A DNA stretch of 64,000 nucleotides from a phage. Numbering within the stretch: the stretch's first letter is position 1; the number at the start of each line of letters is the position of its first letter. The stretch is taken from the NCBI GenBank assembly GCA_018015315.1, contig GCA_018015315.1_3629.1; one strand, written 5' to 3'. Below the pieces are notes generated by a model. It saw only the letters and a list, made by a program, of their open reading frames with translations. It did no database searches and was not told the DNA's origin. Positions 54,730 to 63,618 of this stretch are shown in pieces. A program made the position numbers and the translations under genes.

Positions 54730-54993
54730 ATGAACATCCTGATGTGGGTTATAGCAGTGGCGTTTGTTGCATGTTTTTGCTGCTGGGTTGCGGTGAGGAT
54801 TTCTGTAGCTACCCTTCGGAAGTTGGGGTTCTCAGAATGGGATATTGATATCCTTTCTTTTCGCAATGAGACAATATCAGCCGCCCTGCTTTGTAAGAAA
54901 TTCAAGTGGGAACCTTGTGAGGTCATGAACTATCTAAGAACGGGAGATATCCCTGAAAGATTTAAAAAAGTTCTTGACGGTAAGGATAAATGA
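54730..54993 (+). CDS. small membrane protein
   Basis: 87 aa; N-terminal TM segment. Confidence 0.4.
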   Translation: MNILMWVIAVAFVACFCCWVAVRISVATLRKLGFSEWDIDILSFRNETISAALLCKKFKWEPCEVMNYLRTGDIPERFKKVLDGKDK

Positions 54994-55002
54994 TAGTATA
55001 GT
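54974..55002 (+). promoter_or_regulatory. sigma70-like promoter
   Basis: TTGACG-17 bp-TATAGT. Confidence 0.45.
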
Positions 55003-55021
55003 GACTAACAAGAGGTGAGGA

Positions 55022-55162
55022 ATGACAGATTTTACTGAAGCTTTAATGATGGCCTTGTCTGTTTTAGCGCTATCGGTGTGTTTTGGGGCGTTATTCACAT
55101 CTCTGGTTAAAGTTTTACATACAGTATTATTACCCAAGGAGCGCAGTAATGACGAAGATTGA
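55022..55162 (+). CDS. small hydrophobic peptide (46 aa)
   Basis: AGGTGAGGA RBS; hydrophobic core; below track size cutoff. Confidence 0.35.
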   Translation: MTDFTEALMMALSVLALSVCFGALFTSLVKVLHTVLLPKERSNDED

Positions 55163-55400
55163 CTTGAATGCTGGCGACCATGTTGTTGTCAAATGCATCG
55201 GAGATTATCTTGGATTCACAATCGGCAATACTTACGAGGCGGTAGTGGCGAAGGTTTATCATGATAAAGTCCTCAGTCTTGTATTTGACTGCGATGATGA
55301 TGGGGATGACCGATACGTCTGTGAGGTGCTGGCACGAGACGATAGTGAAGACCAGAAATTCCTGGTTATTGAACTGAACGGTATTTTTGTAGAACGTTAA
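55149..55400 (+). CDS. hypothetical protein
   Basis: ATG after AGGAGCG, overlapping upstream peptide. Confidence 0.4.
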   Translation: MTKIDLNAGDHVVVKCIGDYLGFTIGNTYEAVVAKVYHDKVLSLVFDCDDDGDDRYVCEVLARDDSEDQKFLVIELNGIFVER

Positions 55401-55428
55401 TTTAAAACAACATAAGGAGACTCTTACT

Positions 55429-55734
55429 ATGGCTAAATCTAAAGTTGAACTGTTCACCTCTCTTCCTTCTGACACTGCAGAGCGTGATCGCCTTCGCAAA
55501 ACAATCGAAGAACTGGTGGAACTCCAACTTCAGATTAAAGATCTGAAAGATGCCATCAAGGATATCATTCTTGTTGAGAAGCAGGATCATCTGTATTCTC
55601 CTAAATTCATCAAATCTCTGGTGGCTACCGAGTTCGATATTCGATATGAGGCTGAAAAACGTCGAGCTAAAATCGAAGAAGAGGTTGAGCACATGTCCGA
55701 GGCAGACATTCTGTTCAAACGCTCTGTAGAATAA
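55429..55734 (+). CDS. hypothetical coiled-coil protein
   Basis: 101 aa; AAGGAGA RBS; terminator downstream. Confidence 0.45.
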   Translation: MAKSKVELFTSLPSDTAERDRLRKTIEELVELQLQIKDLKDAIKDIILVEKQDHLYSPKFIKSLVATEFDIRYEAEKRRAKIEEEVEHMSEADILFKRSVE

Positions 55735-55742
55735 TGACAAAG

Positions 55743-55768
55743 AGAGGGGCTTGGGCCCCTCTTTTTAC
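55743..55768 (+). terminator. rho-independent terminator
   Basis: AGAGGGGC-TTGG-GCCCCTCT followed by TTTTTACT. Confidence 0.65.
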
Positions 55769-55789
55769 TATCTATGAAGGAGATTTGAG

Positions 55790-56116
55790 ATGGGTATACC
55801 GATCACTGTAAAAGAATTGAATGAACGTGATGCAGGTGGTCTATGGCCTGCACGAAAAATACGCTGCGTCTACATGAAAGAGAACCTTGAACATCTTGAT
55901 CAACAGATCAAGGTCGGTGATATTTTCGAGGTCTTCTATTCCAATCGTCGCAACTGGGAAACCATTCAGCCTTCTGGTTTTGTTCTTGCCAAACTTGACA
56001 CTGGAGAAGTGATTATCCCAGGGTTGGATATTGTCTTCGAAATTATCCAGGAGTGGGATCCGGATAAGATTAGATATGAAGAGTTATTCGGTGAAGGTAT
56101 TATCAAACCTGTGTGA
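55790..56116 (+). CDS. hypothetical protein
   Basis: 108 aa; GGAGA RBS. Confidence 0.45.
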   Translation: MGIPITVKELNERDAGGLWPARKIRCVYMKENLEHLDQQIKVGDIFEVFYSNRRNWETIQPSGFVLAKLDTGEVIIPGLDIVFEIIQEWDPDKIRYEELFGEGIIKPV

Positions 56117-56424
56117 GGTGGATTATGTCTACAAAGACGGCTAAATACTCCTACATGCCATCAACCTCTGCAGAGGTAGATTTTAGTTTCGATGTGTTTC
56201 CACTGTTTGAGGTGGTTCTGGCATACCCAACAATACTATCTACTCCGGAATCACTTGTGCCTGTTAAGTTGCAGAACGCCATGCATTCTATGCACTACAA
56301 CAATAAATGCAGGCACAGATGGTGTCAGGACGAGGAAAAAGATCTGGATAGTTTGAGAGATTTTGACAGTCACCTTTTGACACCTTTCAGCTACTCCAAC
56401 CTTGATAAGCCATCATGGGTATAG
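56113..56424 (+). CDS. hypothetical protein
   Basis: 103 aa; terminator downstream. Confidence 0.4.
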   Translation: MRWIMSTKTAKYSYMPSTSAEVDFSFDVFPLFEVVLAYPTILSTPESLVPVKLQNAMHSMHYNNKCRHRWCQDEEKDLDSLRDFDSHLLTPFSYSNLDKPSWV

Positions 56425-56448
56425 CAAAATATCAAATTTAAGACACCT

Positions 56449-56479
56449 AGGACGCTCTGTGGCGTCCTTTTCTTTATTT
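56449..56479 (+). terminator. rho-independent terminator
   Basis: AGGACGC-TCTGTG-GCGTCCT followed by TTTTCTTTATTT. Confidence 0.65.
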
Positions 56480-56637
56480 AGTGCACGATTGCATACCTTG
56501 GACAGATAATCTCATTACAGAGCGTTTAAGAGCTTCCTACAAACAACTCCATATTTCGAGCGTAGCGAGAACGCACGTCCGTTTTGACCCAAATCACCAT
56601 ACGCTCGGATTTTAACCAAACCCTCGCGGCGTTTCTG

Positions 56638-56666
56638 TTGACACATTATCGCTCCAGTGATAATAT
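56638..56666 (+). promoter_or_regulatory. sigma70-like promoter
   Basis: TTGACA-17 bp-TAATAT; lies inside track ORF 56584-56997. Confidence 0.5.
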
Positions 56667-56686
56667 CCACACATCATTTGGAGAAT

Positions 56687-56788
56687 ATGGAATACACAAT
56701 GAAAACACTGTCCGAAGTTTTGGTGGTGATCCTGATGATCATTACGTCCATAGCAGCTGTTGCCGGAATACTCACGGGTGGAACATGA
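56687..56788 (+). CDS. small hydrophobic peptide (33 aa)
   Basis: ATG after GGAGA (short spacing); single TM-like segment; stop overlaps next ATG. Confidence 0.3.
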   Translation: MEYTMKTLSEVLVVILMIITSIAAVAGILTGGT

Positions 56789-56997
56789 TCAACACACATG
56801 TATCTGAAGAGACATCCGAAGGAGTTACCATATGTCCATTGGCTGAGCCAGTGAAAGAGGAAAACTTCGATTCTGATGACTCTTCATCTTCGCTCCAGGT
56901 AGACCCTGAGGCTGATGACCTGACGTGGGAAGACATCGTAGATATCTGGTTCTCTATTATGCCTGAGCACGAAGAGTTCAGGGGCGGTAGACTATGA
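56785..56997 (+). CDS. small acidic protein
   Basis: 69 aa; C-terminal part of track ORF 56584-56997, restarted downstream of promoter. Confidence 0.4.
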   Translation: MINTHVSEETSEGVTICPLAEPVKEENFDSDDSSSSLQVDPEADDLTWEDIVDIWFSIMPEHEEFRGGRL

Positions 56998-57117
56998 AGC
57001 ACCGAGCCCACACAGGTTCCTCATGCTAAAGCATGGCCTGAAGAGGCAAACGTGCATAATTCCTGTGCATTGTGACGTATAAAACCCGTTCACACTCTCA
57101 TTTCCAGAGGAGATTTC

Positions 57118-57333
57118 ATGAAGATAGAAATATTTGGTGGAGTTGACAACACTCGTGGCCTGATTTACCTTGAATTCGATGAATCATACCTGCCAGAGGT
57201 GTTAAATATAGACTCTGTTGCTGAGGCTTTGGGAGTAAACCCTAAAGAACTCCACTCTTGTGCTGAGATCGATGGTTGGGAAGAGACCATGAACATTGAT
57301 TTCAGTGAAGTAGAGGATGAACCGCTGGACTGA
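57118..57333 (+). CDS. small acidic protein
   Basis: MKIEIFGG N-terminus like other family members; last plus-strand gene before non-coding region. Confidence 0.45.
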   Translation: MKIEIFGGVDNTRGLIYLEFDESYLPEVLNIDSVAEALGVNPKELHSCAEIDGWEETMNIDFSEVEDEPLD

Positions 57334-57683
57334 CACACAATTAGCTGCCAGGCTAAAGTGCTGGAAGCACCTATAACACATCTTTCAACTAAATTTCCTA
57401 CCACCACAATCACTTACCTCCCACACATGACTGTTTGCTTGTTTAGTGAGCAGTCATGCCTTGACATTCTTGCCTATCCTGATAAAATTAAGTTCTTCTC
57501 TTTTCTTTTACCGAGTAATTCGGGTTTTCTGTTCTCTTCGGTTTGAAGGGGTATGGAGATACACCTGAGTGAACAGGGTGAACAACCGAACATTTGGCTA
57601 TGGCATTAGCATGGCGAAGCGGACGGGTGACGAAAGAGGGGCCGGAGGACACCAGTCACTGCCATATGGTATATGGGTGATAA

Positions 57684-58224
57684 CCTGAAGAGTCTGAATA
57701 AGTGTTTAAGTACCAGTCAGAGGAAAAGGTGAATGGTAGCCGAAGGGGGAGGGGGGTTTCTTGTATCTTTAATTTGTATATTATGTATACACTTGTAAAC
57801 CAATCTCATTTGAATTTGTTTACCACACAAAGTGGATAGAGACAAATATTACCTATTAAACTTGAATTATTTATAGAAAATACCACAACACTACTTAAGT
57901 CTTTGATTTTACACACAAATCCTGCAGATATTCACCCTCCATATTTAACATACTTGTAACATATTCCATACTCTACCTGCCCGATCAATTCACCCAACTA
58001 CATCCCCATATTTTCCCTGTCTGTACTACCCCTGCCCCGCCGGGAGTCCCGTCATATCTGGCTTTCCAGCAAATATCACACCCACAAATATCATTGCCTG
58101 AAGAGGGTTTCATCCCATAGTACATGCCTTACCTGAAGAGCGCTTCATATACCCCGTAAATTTTTTAATTGACACCCTCCCCGCCGCCGGAGGGGGTTGG
58201 CTTTTCCCACACAGACCTGAAGAG
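57684..58224 (+). repeat. dispersed direct repeat CCTGAAGAG (4 copies)
   Basis: exact 9-mers at 57684, 58097, 58132, 58216 in non-coding DNA. Confidence 0.7.
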
Positions 58225-58785
58225 CCAGCCAGAAATATCTGAACAGGTCCAGCTATGCCACGATTTTGTGCTTGTCCTACAGGAGTGCTTCCCTGTCAGG
58301 AGCCGGTAGCGACTGGAGTGCTGCCAGGCGGACGAAATGGGAATACTTCTCATTCTTATAACAATTCTCAAATATCGAGGCAGTGAGACAAATTAATAGG
58401 CTTTGCCGTTCACACAATGGCACAACATTTGCAGCCTATCTTGTGGGGGGTGAATGAGAATACCTATCATTGCGAGAATAGTTATCATTACGGGCAATTT
58501 AACATAATACCCATTATGCGCACCACTGGCGATATATACAGGGGTTAATAACATGGTGGACTGTTTACGCACATTACAATTGCATTACTTATTATTTGTG
58601 TGGGATATAGTTAGCCACCAACAGATTGCATAATAACCTGCAGACTTCCAGCCGTCCAGACGCCTAAGCGCCTACACAATAAGGATTATACATACACAAC
58701 TGAATGTAAACAGGGCCGCAAAAATGCTACCATACAAGATTGTAAATTTTTCATGCAGCACTTGACAAAGAGGAGAAAAACTTGT

Positions 58786-58875
58786 CTGACATACTGGTGA
58801 CATAATATGACACTTTAGACACAATAGTGACATACTGGACACGATATGACACACTGGGCATAATTGACATACCTG
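58786..58875 (+). repeat. iteron-like array of (A/T)GACA(C/T)A motifs at 10-11 bp spacing
   Basis: about 8 copies, including TGACATACTGG twice and TGACACACTGG once. Confidence 0.7.
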
Positions 58876-58983
58876 ACTGTTTACGCTGTCACTATTCACT
58901 CGCTTACATGCTTAATAGACTACATGACTAATAGTTTACATAGCTAACTGTTCACGTATAGATTGTTTACTTAAAAATGATAA

Positions 58984-59264
58984 GCCATGCCATTCGTTTG
59001 CATGATAAAGATTAGCAAGTTAATAATCTTTCACTGGCTATGCCAGGTGACCTTTTGTCACCTCTTCGGGTGTTTCTATGACATAATATAAAAGCAGGGC
59101 AACTATTAGCAGATCTATAGTTGCCTTGCTTGTTATGTCATGATTAACTAAATACAAGGCAACTATGATCTGATTAATAGATTGCAGACAAACTATCACG
59201 GGGGTGATGGTTACTGCTTTTATATTATGTCGCGACTCCGTCGCGCCATGCCATTCGTTTGCAT
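58984..59264 (+). repeat. 20-bp perfect direct repeat GCCATGCCATTCGTTTGCAT (2 copies)
   Basis: copies at 58984-59003 and 59245-59264. Confidence 0.8.
59098..59125. repeat. palindrome GGCAACTAT-10 bp-ATAGTTGCC
   Basis: 9-bp inverted repeat; further half-site copies near 59160 and 59265. Confidence 0.75.
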
Positions 59265-59880
59265 AGTTGCCTTATTGTTACAGATAAAATAATTATATTG
59301 TTAATTATTTCTTATCTTTCTCTTAGTCATCTAATGATTCCAGTCAGTATAGTAATGTACAGTAAACATTAGACGACTAAAGATTTATCTGCTTATAATA
59401 ACTTACCGTGACAATTCCGGACTGTTTACGAAAAATGTTGACACCTGAGCTGATTTATGTTATGCAATTTACACGAATAATTATTTTATGCAGGTATTGA
59501 CTATTACGTTATTCTATGGTCGGAATAAATACTTAGCGGACTATAGAATGGTGACGCTACGTGAATTCTGGAATTTAGTGGCTATAGTTATACCCGATTT
59601 TTCACGTAGAACACGCTTTTGTGGTTATGTAAGTGTATGACTTATAAAGATTTTTAGTTGTTGACAAGGCACTGAAGATATGCATCAGGTTAAATTTTGT
59701 GCAATAGCTGCATTACGTGCAATTTTGGAAGGAAAAACGTGTAAAAATGGCCCTGCTACCACACAATGAAAGATTATGCAATAGCTATTTTACATGTATA
59801 TTTGTACAGTGTGTGGGATTGATGGCTAGTCAATTATTCCACTTGCCAGGCTGGGCCGTTTGTGGTAGGAGAAATACAGA

Positions 59881-59909
59881 CAAAAAGAAAGGGGCCTTTT
59901 AAAGCCCCT
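59881..59909 (-). terminator. rho-independent terminator
   Basis: GGGGC..GCCCC hairpin followed by U-tract on minus strand; 20 bp downstream of stop of 59928-60347. Confidence 0.6.
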
Positions 59910-59927
59910 GATAGTTTAGTTAAGAAA

Positions 59928-60347
59928 TTATAATGATTCGTATATTTGATAGATTCGATTTGCCAGGTCATTACGATAGCGGAATTTTTCATCACGCTTG
60001 ATCATCAGATCTTTGAAGCCATATTCTTTAAGCACTTCATTAACTTTATAGCGGCATACCTTCATATTATCTTGCGCGTCACCGATAAACTTGTTGCTAT
60101 GATGCATGGCTTTGATCTCTTCCTCCAGGACCAGGGCAACTACGCGGACCGGATCAAGCTGATATGCGGTAACATCAATGCGGCATTGTAAACGGCTTTT
60201 AACGTCTGCCACCGGATATACTGCAACCTCTTCCCCGTCAACATTCACAATAACCAGTTTACCATCAATTTCAAAACCTTTTGCGGCTGGGCCGTGACAA
60301 AAAGCGTTATCAAAGCTGTATGCGGGATTGTTAGATTTAATATTCAT
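59928..60347 (-). CDS. hypothetical protein
   Basis: 139 aa; own promoter and terminator. Confidence 0.5.
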   Translation of the reverse strand: MNIKSNNPAYSFDNAFCHGPAAKGFEIDGKLVIVNVDGEEVAVYPVADVKSRLQCRIDVTAYQLDPVRVVALVLEEEIKAMHHSNKFIGDAQDNMKVCRYKVNEVLKEYGFKDLMIKRDEKFRYRNDLANRIYQIYESL

Positions 60348-60393
60348 GGTGTTTACCTCTTAGATAATTTTCTTACAACTTCCCTTCAAAAAG

Positions 60394-60422
60394 AATATAG
60401 CAAAACTGCCGATCCCTGTCAA
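60394..60422 (-). promoter_or_regulatory. sigma70-like promoter
   Basis: minus-strand TTGACA-17 bp-TATATT. Confidence 0.5.
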
Positions 60423-60483
60423 CAAGGGATAGCATAATTTTTGTGTGGGCAATAGGGGCCGTAGCCCCTGGTTGTATCGCCTG

Positions 60484-60747
60484 TTATTTGTTATTCATCC
60501 AGTTTTCCCAAGATGCCTGATACTCGGCCTCACTGCGGCGGATCTCTTCTTGTTCTGCAAGGCGGATCTCTTCTTCCAGGTAGCCTAAGATGTCAGCTTT
60601 TTTGGTCTGGCGTAACATCCAATCGTCCTTTTTGCGAGTAAAGATTTTATATGCTTTCTCACAAACTTCTTTTTTGCTACCTTTCTGTACTTCAAGGATA
60701 CGGTAGGCCATGTATTGAACTAATTTAAGTTGGTCGATACGTTTCAT
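60484..60747 (-). CDS. hypothetical protein
   Basis: 87 aa ORF. Confidence 0.45.
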   Translation of the reverse strand: MKRIDQLKLVQYMAYRILEVQKGSKKEVCEKAYKIFTRKKDDWMLRQTKKADILGYLEEEIRLAEQEEIRRSEAEYQASWENWMNNK

Positions 60748-60806
60748 GATGTTTTCCTCTTTTGTGGTCTTGATTAGTGGGCCTTCCGGCCCGTGTCATT
60801 ATCTTA

Positions 60807-61079
60807 TTACTTACGGCGGCAGAATTCAAGGGTTTTTAATTGATAATCTTCCTCGGCCTGGAGTACAACCGCCTCGATCATTTCGTTGGCATTGTTGAAG
60901 CCATAACCTTTAGCGAACTCATCCGCACCACCTTTGTGATCATGTTCTGCGTTCATCGCTTCCACAAAATGGAATTCCAGATTGTTAAGGTATGGGCTTG
61001 ATGTTCCGTCCTCTTTTTCGATGAGATCCCAAATAGCATTAAAACGTGATTCGACTTCTTGATTAATCCAGCTTGACAT
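60807..61079 (-). CDS. hypothetical acidic protein
   Basis: 90 aa; GAGAGAGGAAAA RBS. Confidence 0.45.
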   Translation of the reverse strand: MSSWINQEVESRFNAIWDLIEKEDGTSSPYLNNLEFHFVEAMNAEHDHKGGADEFAKGYGFNNANEMIEAVVLQAEEDYQLKTLEFCRRK

Positions 61080-61244
61080 AATGTTTTCCTCTCTCCTGGT
61101 TGTTGTGTGGGCACCTTTGCCCCTTCAAGATAAATGTTAACTCACTTATCGAAAGGTGTCAACGGTTTTTATAGTTCTTATATGACAGGCAGGCCCGGTG
61201 ATTGTCTCCCCCCGTCGCCAGGTGCCTGCCGTATAATAAGTATA

Positions 61245-61276
61245 ACAAAAAACAGGACCATTGCAAGCCCTGTTTT
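61245..61276 (-). terminator. rho-independent terminator
   Basis: AACAGG..CCTGTT hairpin with T-runs on both strands. Confidence 0.5.
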
Positions 61277-61283
61277 GTAAAGA

Positions 61284-61487
61284 TTAGATGATCTGCATAT
61301 CCTCCACGATAATTTCTAATTTACAAACAAGATGATCTAAGCTCCCTGATAAAAATGATTCCGATACATAACCGCCATCGGATACTGTAGCAAGGATCTC
61401 TCCATTTGCTTGCTCTTTGATTTGAACGTCTAGGCGGTTAGCCTTTGCTTTGTTCAGGACGGCAATCAGGCGGTTAGCTGTAGTCAT
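61284..61487 (-). CDS. small protein, early-gene paralog group
   Basis: 67 aa; GGAAGG RBS; conserved leader GTAGGGCGGC upstream. Confidence 0.45.
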   Translation of the reverse strand: MTTANRLIAVLNKAKANRLDVQIKEQANGEILATVSDGGYVSESFLSGSLDHLVCKLEIIVEDMQII

Positions 61488-61570
61488 GGTTTTTCCTTCC
61501 AGTGGTTAGCGGCACCATTGCCGCCCTACAAAACACATCTTACACTATCCGGCACATCATGCAAGCTATT

Positions 61571-61762
61571 TTAAATCTTATCGCCAATATAATCTGATCT
61601 ATTCTTCTCTGTCATGCGTTTAAGCAATTCTTGCATATGGCTGATAGCTTGTAGCGTGTCTTCTTCCAGGCTTGAATCTACATAATCAGGATCGTCTATC
61701 ACCTTTCTATGATTATGATAACGCAGTACTGCTAATACCTTTCTGACTTGTTCAGTATTCAT
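61571..61762 (-). CDS. hypothetical protein
   Basis: 63 aa ORF. Confidence 0.4.
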   Translation of the reverse strand: MNTEQVRKVLAVLRYHNHRKVIDDPDYVDSSLEEDTLQAISHMQELLKRMTEKNRSDYIGDKI

Positions 61763-61778
61763 TTTACATCGCCCTTGC

Positions 61779-62069
61779 TTATTGTTGGCGGTTTACATAA
61801 GCTTTACCGTTTACCGTCATCGGCAGATCTTCCAGGTTTGGATCTTCCTTAAGGTCGCGCGCAAGCTCACCGCACCGGATACCCTCGAATCCGTAGTACT
61901 CTGTTGTACCGTCATTAAAAGTTTTAGCGGCAAGGCATAAGCGATAAGTAACCCCGATTTGATTGACGGCATGGATATCCGTTAGATCAACCTCTTTTGC
62001 CAGCTCTTTAGCCATTACAGGTGCGTTAAGTCCAACAACCAGGGCAACTACTGCGATCATCTTTTTCAT
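61779..62069 (-). CDS. secreted protein with signal peptide
   Basis: N-terminal MKKMIAVVALVVGLNAPVMA signal-like segment. Confidence 0.5.
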   Translation of the reverse strand: MKKMIAVVALVVGLNAPVMAKELAKEVDLTDIHAVNQIGVTYRLCLAAKTFNDGTTEYYGFEGIRCGELARDLKEDPNLEDLPMTVNGKAYVNRQQ

Positions 62070-62216
62070 TGTGTCTAGCCTCTTTCCGCTACGTTTAAGG
62101 CGGCGGTAACCGCCTGTTTATGCTTTGTTGGTTAATTTTCAGGTATCGCTATAAATTAAACTATGCTGTACGCTCAACTATAACAACGGTTTGGGGGATC
62201 TCACCTTCCACCACTA

Positions 62217-62375
62217 TCAAGGCTTTTTCTGCGTGATGGATATCTTTACCCGTTGCAGTGTGGCGGTGAAGTCTTTCATTTCGTCACGTGGTGTTTTAGT
62301 GCAATGCCAGATCTCAGGCTTACCTATTTGCAAGCCGCGTAAAAATTCTGTTTTGCCTGTTTTGTTAGTGATCAT
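62217..62375 (-). CDS. small protein (52 aa)
   Basis: minus-strand ORF with AAGGTG RBS; preferred over antisense track ORF 62191-62409. Confidence 0.3.
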   Translation of the reverse strand: MITNKTGKTEFLRGLQIGKPEIWHCTKTPRDEMKDFTATLQRVKISITQKKP

Positions 62376-62385
62376 TTGTTACACC

Positions 62386-62490
62386 TTAACCGATACCATT
62401 GGAAGATAGGATCATGTTAGCCAGAGTCGCAACCACTCCAACCGATAACACCAGGCCCACTATTACAACCGTGAAAATTTTCTCTAACAT
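62386..62490 (-). CDS. small hydrophobic peptide (34 aa)
   Basis: GAGGG RBS; single TM-like segment. Confidence 0.3.
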   Translation of the reverse strand: MLEKIFTVVIVGLVLSVGVVATLANMILSSNGIG

Positions 62491-62532
62491 GATTCTACCC
62501 TCATTGATGGGCGTTACTGCCCCGCTTATGGT

Positions 62533-62769
62533 TTATTGATTGATGTTATAATGAAAGTTATTTTCTTCAGTAGCTTTTAAAATAAAAGCCGTGATCGCTT
62601 TTGTGTCTACTTGTTCGAACGTATCAGAATAGCACCAATAATAATCATCCCCTACTTTCGGCGGGTAAACCTGGACAAGGAGATCGCCACCTGGTTGATC
62701 TATAATCTCAACATGCAAGCCGGATGATTCAGCGGTTTTAACGGCGGTTAATACTGTTGCAATACTCAT
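62533..62769 (-). CDS. small protein, early-gene paralog group
   Basis: 78 aa; conserved leader upstream. Confidence 0.45.
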   Translation of the reverse strand: MSIATVLTAVKTAESSGLHVEIIDQPGGDLLVQVYPPKVGDDYYWCYSDTFEQVDTKAITAFILKATEENNFHYNINQ

Positions 62770-62849
62770 AATCTTTTCCTTTCCGATGTGGGGGCGTTGC
62801 CTTATTGCCCCGCCCTACGAAATACATTCTATCAGATAACAAATTATCG

Positions 62850-62996
62850 TTAAGATTTATTTTTTACTTCCCAAACGGAAAATTCACTACCTATCGGGAG
62901 CATTCTTTTAATCTTGTTTGCTGCCGCTACCAGATCCACGGCTTGCACTGTAATAATATAACCAATTGTCGAGGCTGTTGCGTTGAAAGTTTTCAT
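62850..62996 (-). CDS. small protein
   Basis: internal ATG (MKTFNATAS) with AGAGGA RBS downstream of promoter. Confidence 0.4.
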   Translation of the reverse strand: MKTFNATASTIGYIITVQAVDLVAAANKIKRMLPIGSEFSVWEVKNKS

Positions 62997-63067
62997 TATA
63001 TTATCCTCTAATCCAGGCCGCCCTACGTGATACATCTTACACTATTTGAAAATGTTGTCAAACTATT

Positions 63068-63247
63068 TTAACGATAATCATCATATGCTTTATTTACCTG
63101 GCGAATATAACATTCAAAAGCCAGATCAATAGATTCATATTCACGGATATATTCACCATAGGAAACCACGTACATCTTTATAGCTTCCTCATATGCTAGG
63201 AGAATAGAATCTAACCCTACGATCTCAGTCTTTGCAATAATAGCCAT
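63068..63247 (-). CDS. small protein (59 aa)
   Basis: AGAGGA RBS; TTGACA-16-TAATAT promoter upstream. Confidence 0.4.
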   Translation of the reverse strand: MAIIAKTEIVGLDSILLAYEEAIKMYVVSYGEYIREYESIDLAFECYIRQVNKAYDDYR

Positions 63248-63322
63248 GATTTTTATCCTCTTTGTGGTTGGTGGGGCTTGTTGCCCCCTTTGATTTATAT
63301 ATTACAGTCTTATATGGTCATG

Positions 63323-63556
63323 TCAACTATTTTCAAAAAATTTTTCTGCTGTGATATTCTTCCCGGTGGGGTTCGCTACTTTTAAAATTTTATCATGCAC
63401 TGGACGCCCAAAAGAATAAGATCCGTATGCAGTAAACCAATAATCGCCGTCAGGCTGTACTATTACCGCCGCATATGGTACGCCTTTCTCGTTATTGCTC
63501 ACAAAATAGATCACATTGCCATTAATAGCCTCAGCGCGTTTAATTTGTTCCATCAT
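63323..63556 (-). CDS. hypothetical protein
   Basis: 77 aa; AAGAGG RBS. Confidence 0.45.
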   Translation of the reverse strand: MMEQIKRAEAINGNVIYFVSNNEKGVPYAAVIVQPDGDYWFTAYGSYSFGRPVHDKILKVANPTGKNITAEKFFENS

Positions 63557-63618
63557 GATAATTTACCTCTTTTTATTTTCATAATCTCAGGTTAGGGGCC
63601 TTATCGGCCCCTCCAGGC

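Noticed and set aside
56584-56786. Upstream extension of track ORF 56584-56997
   Set aside because: A TTGACA-17-TAATAT promoter lies inside it at 56638-56666; the frame was split into a micro-ORF and a downstream 69-aa gene.
62191-62409. 72-aa plus-strand ORF in the early region
   Set aside because: Antisense to the local gene orientation and lacking an RBS; two minus-strand small ORFs with RBS fit better, though they are low-confidence.
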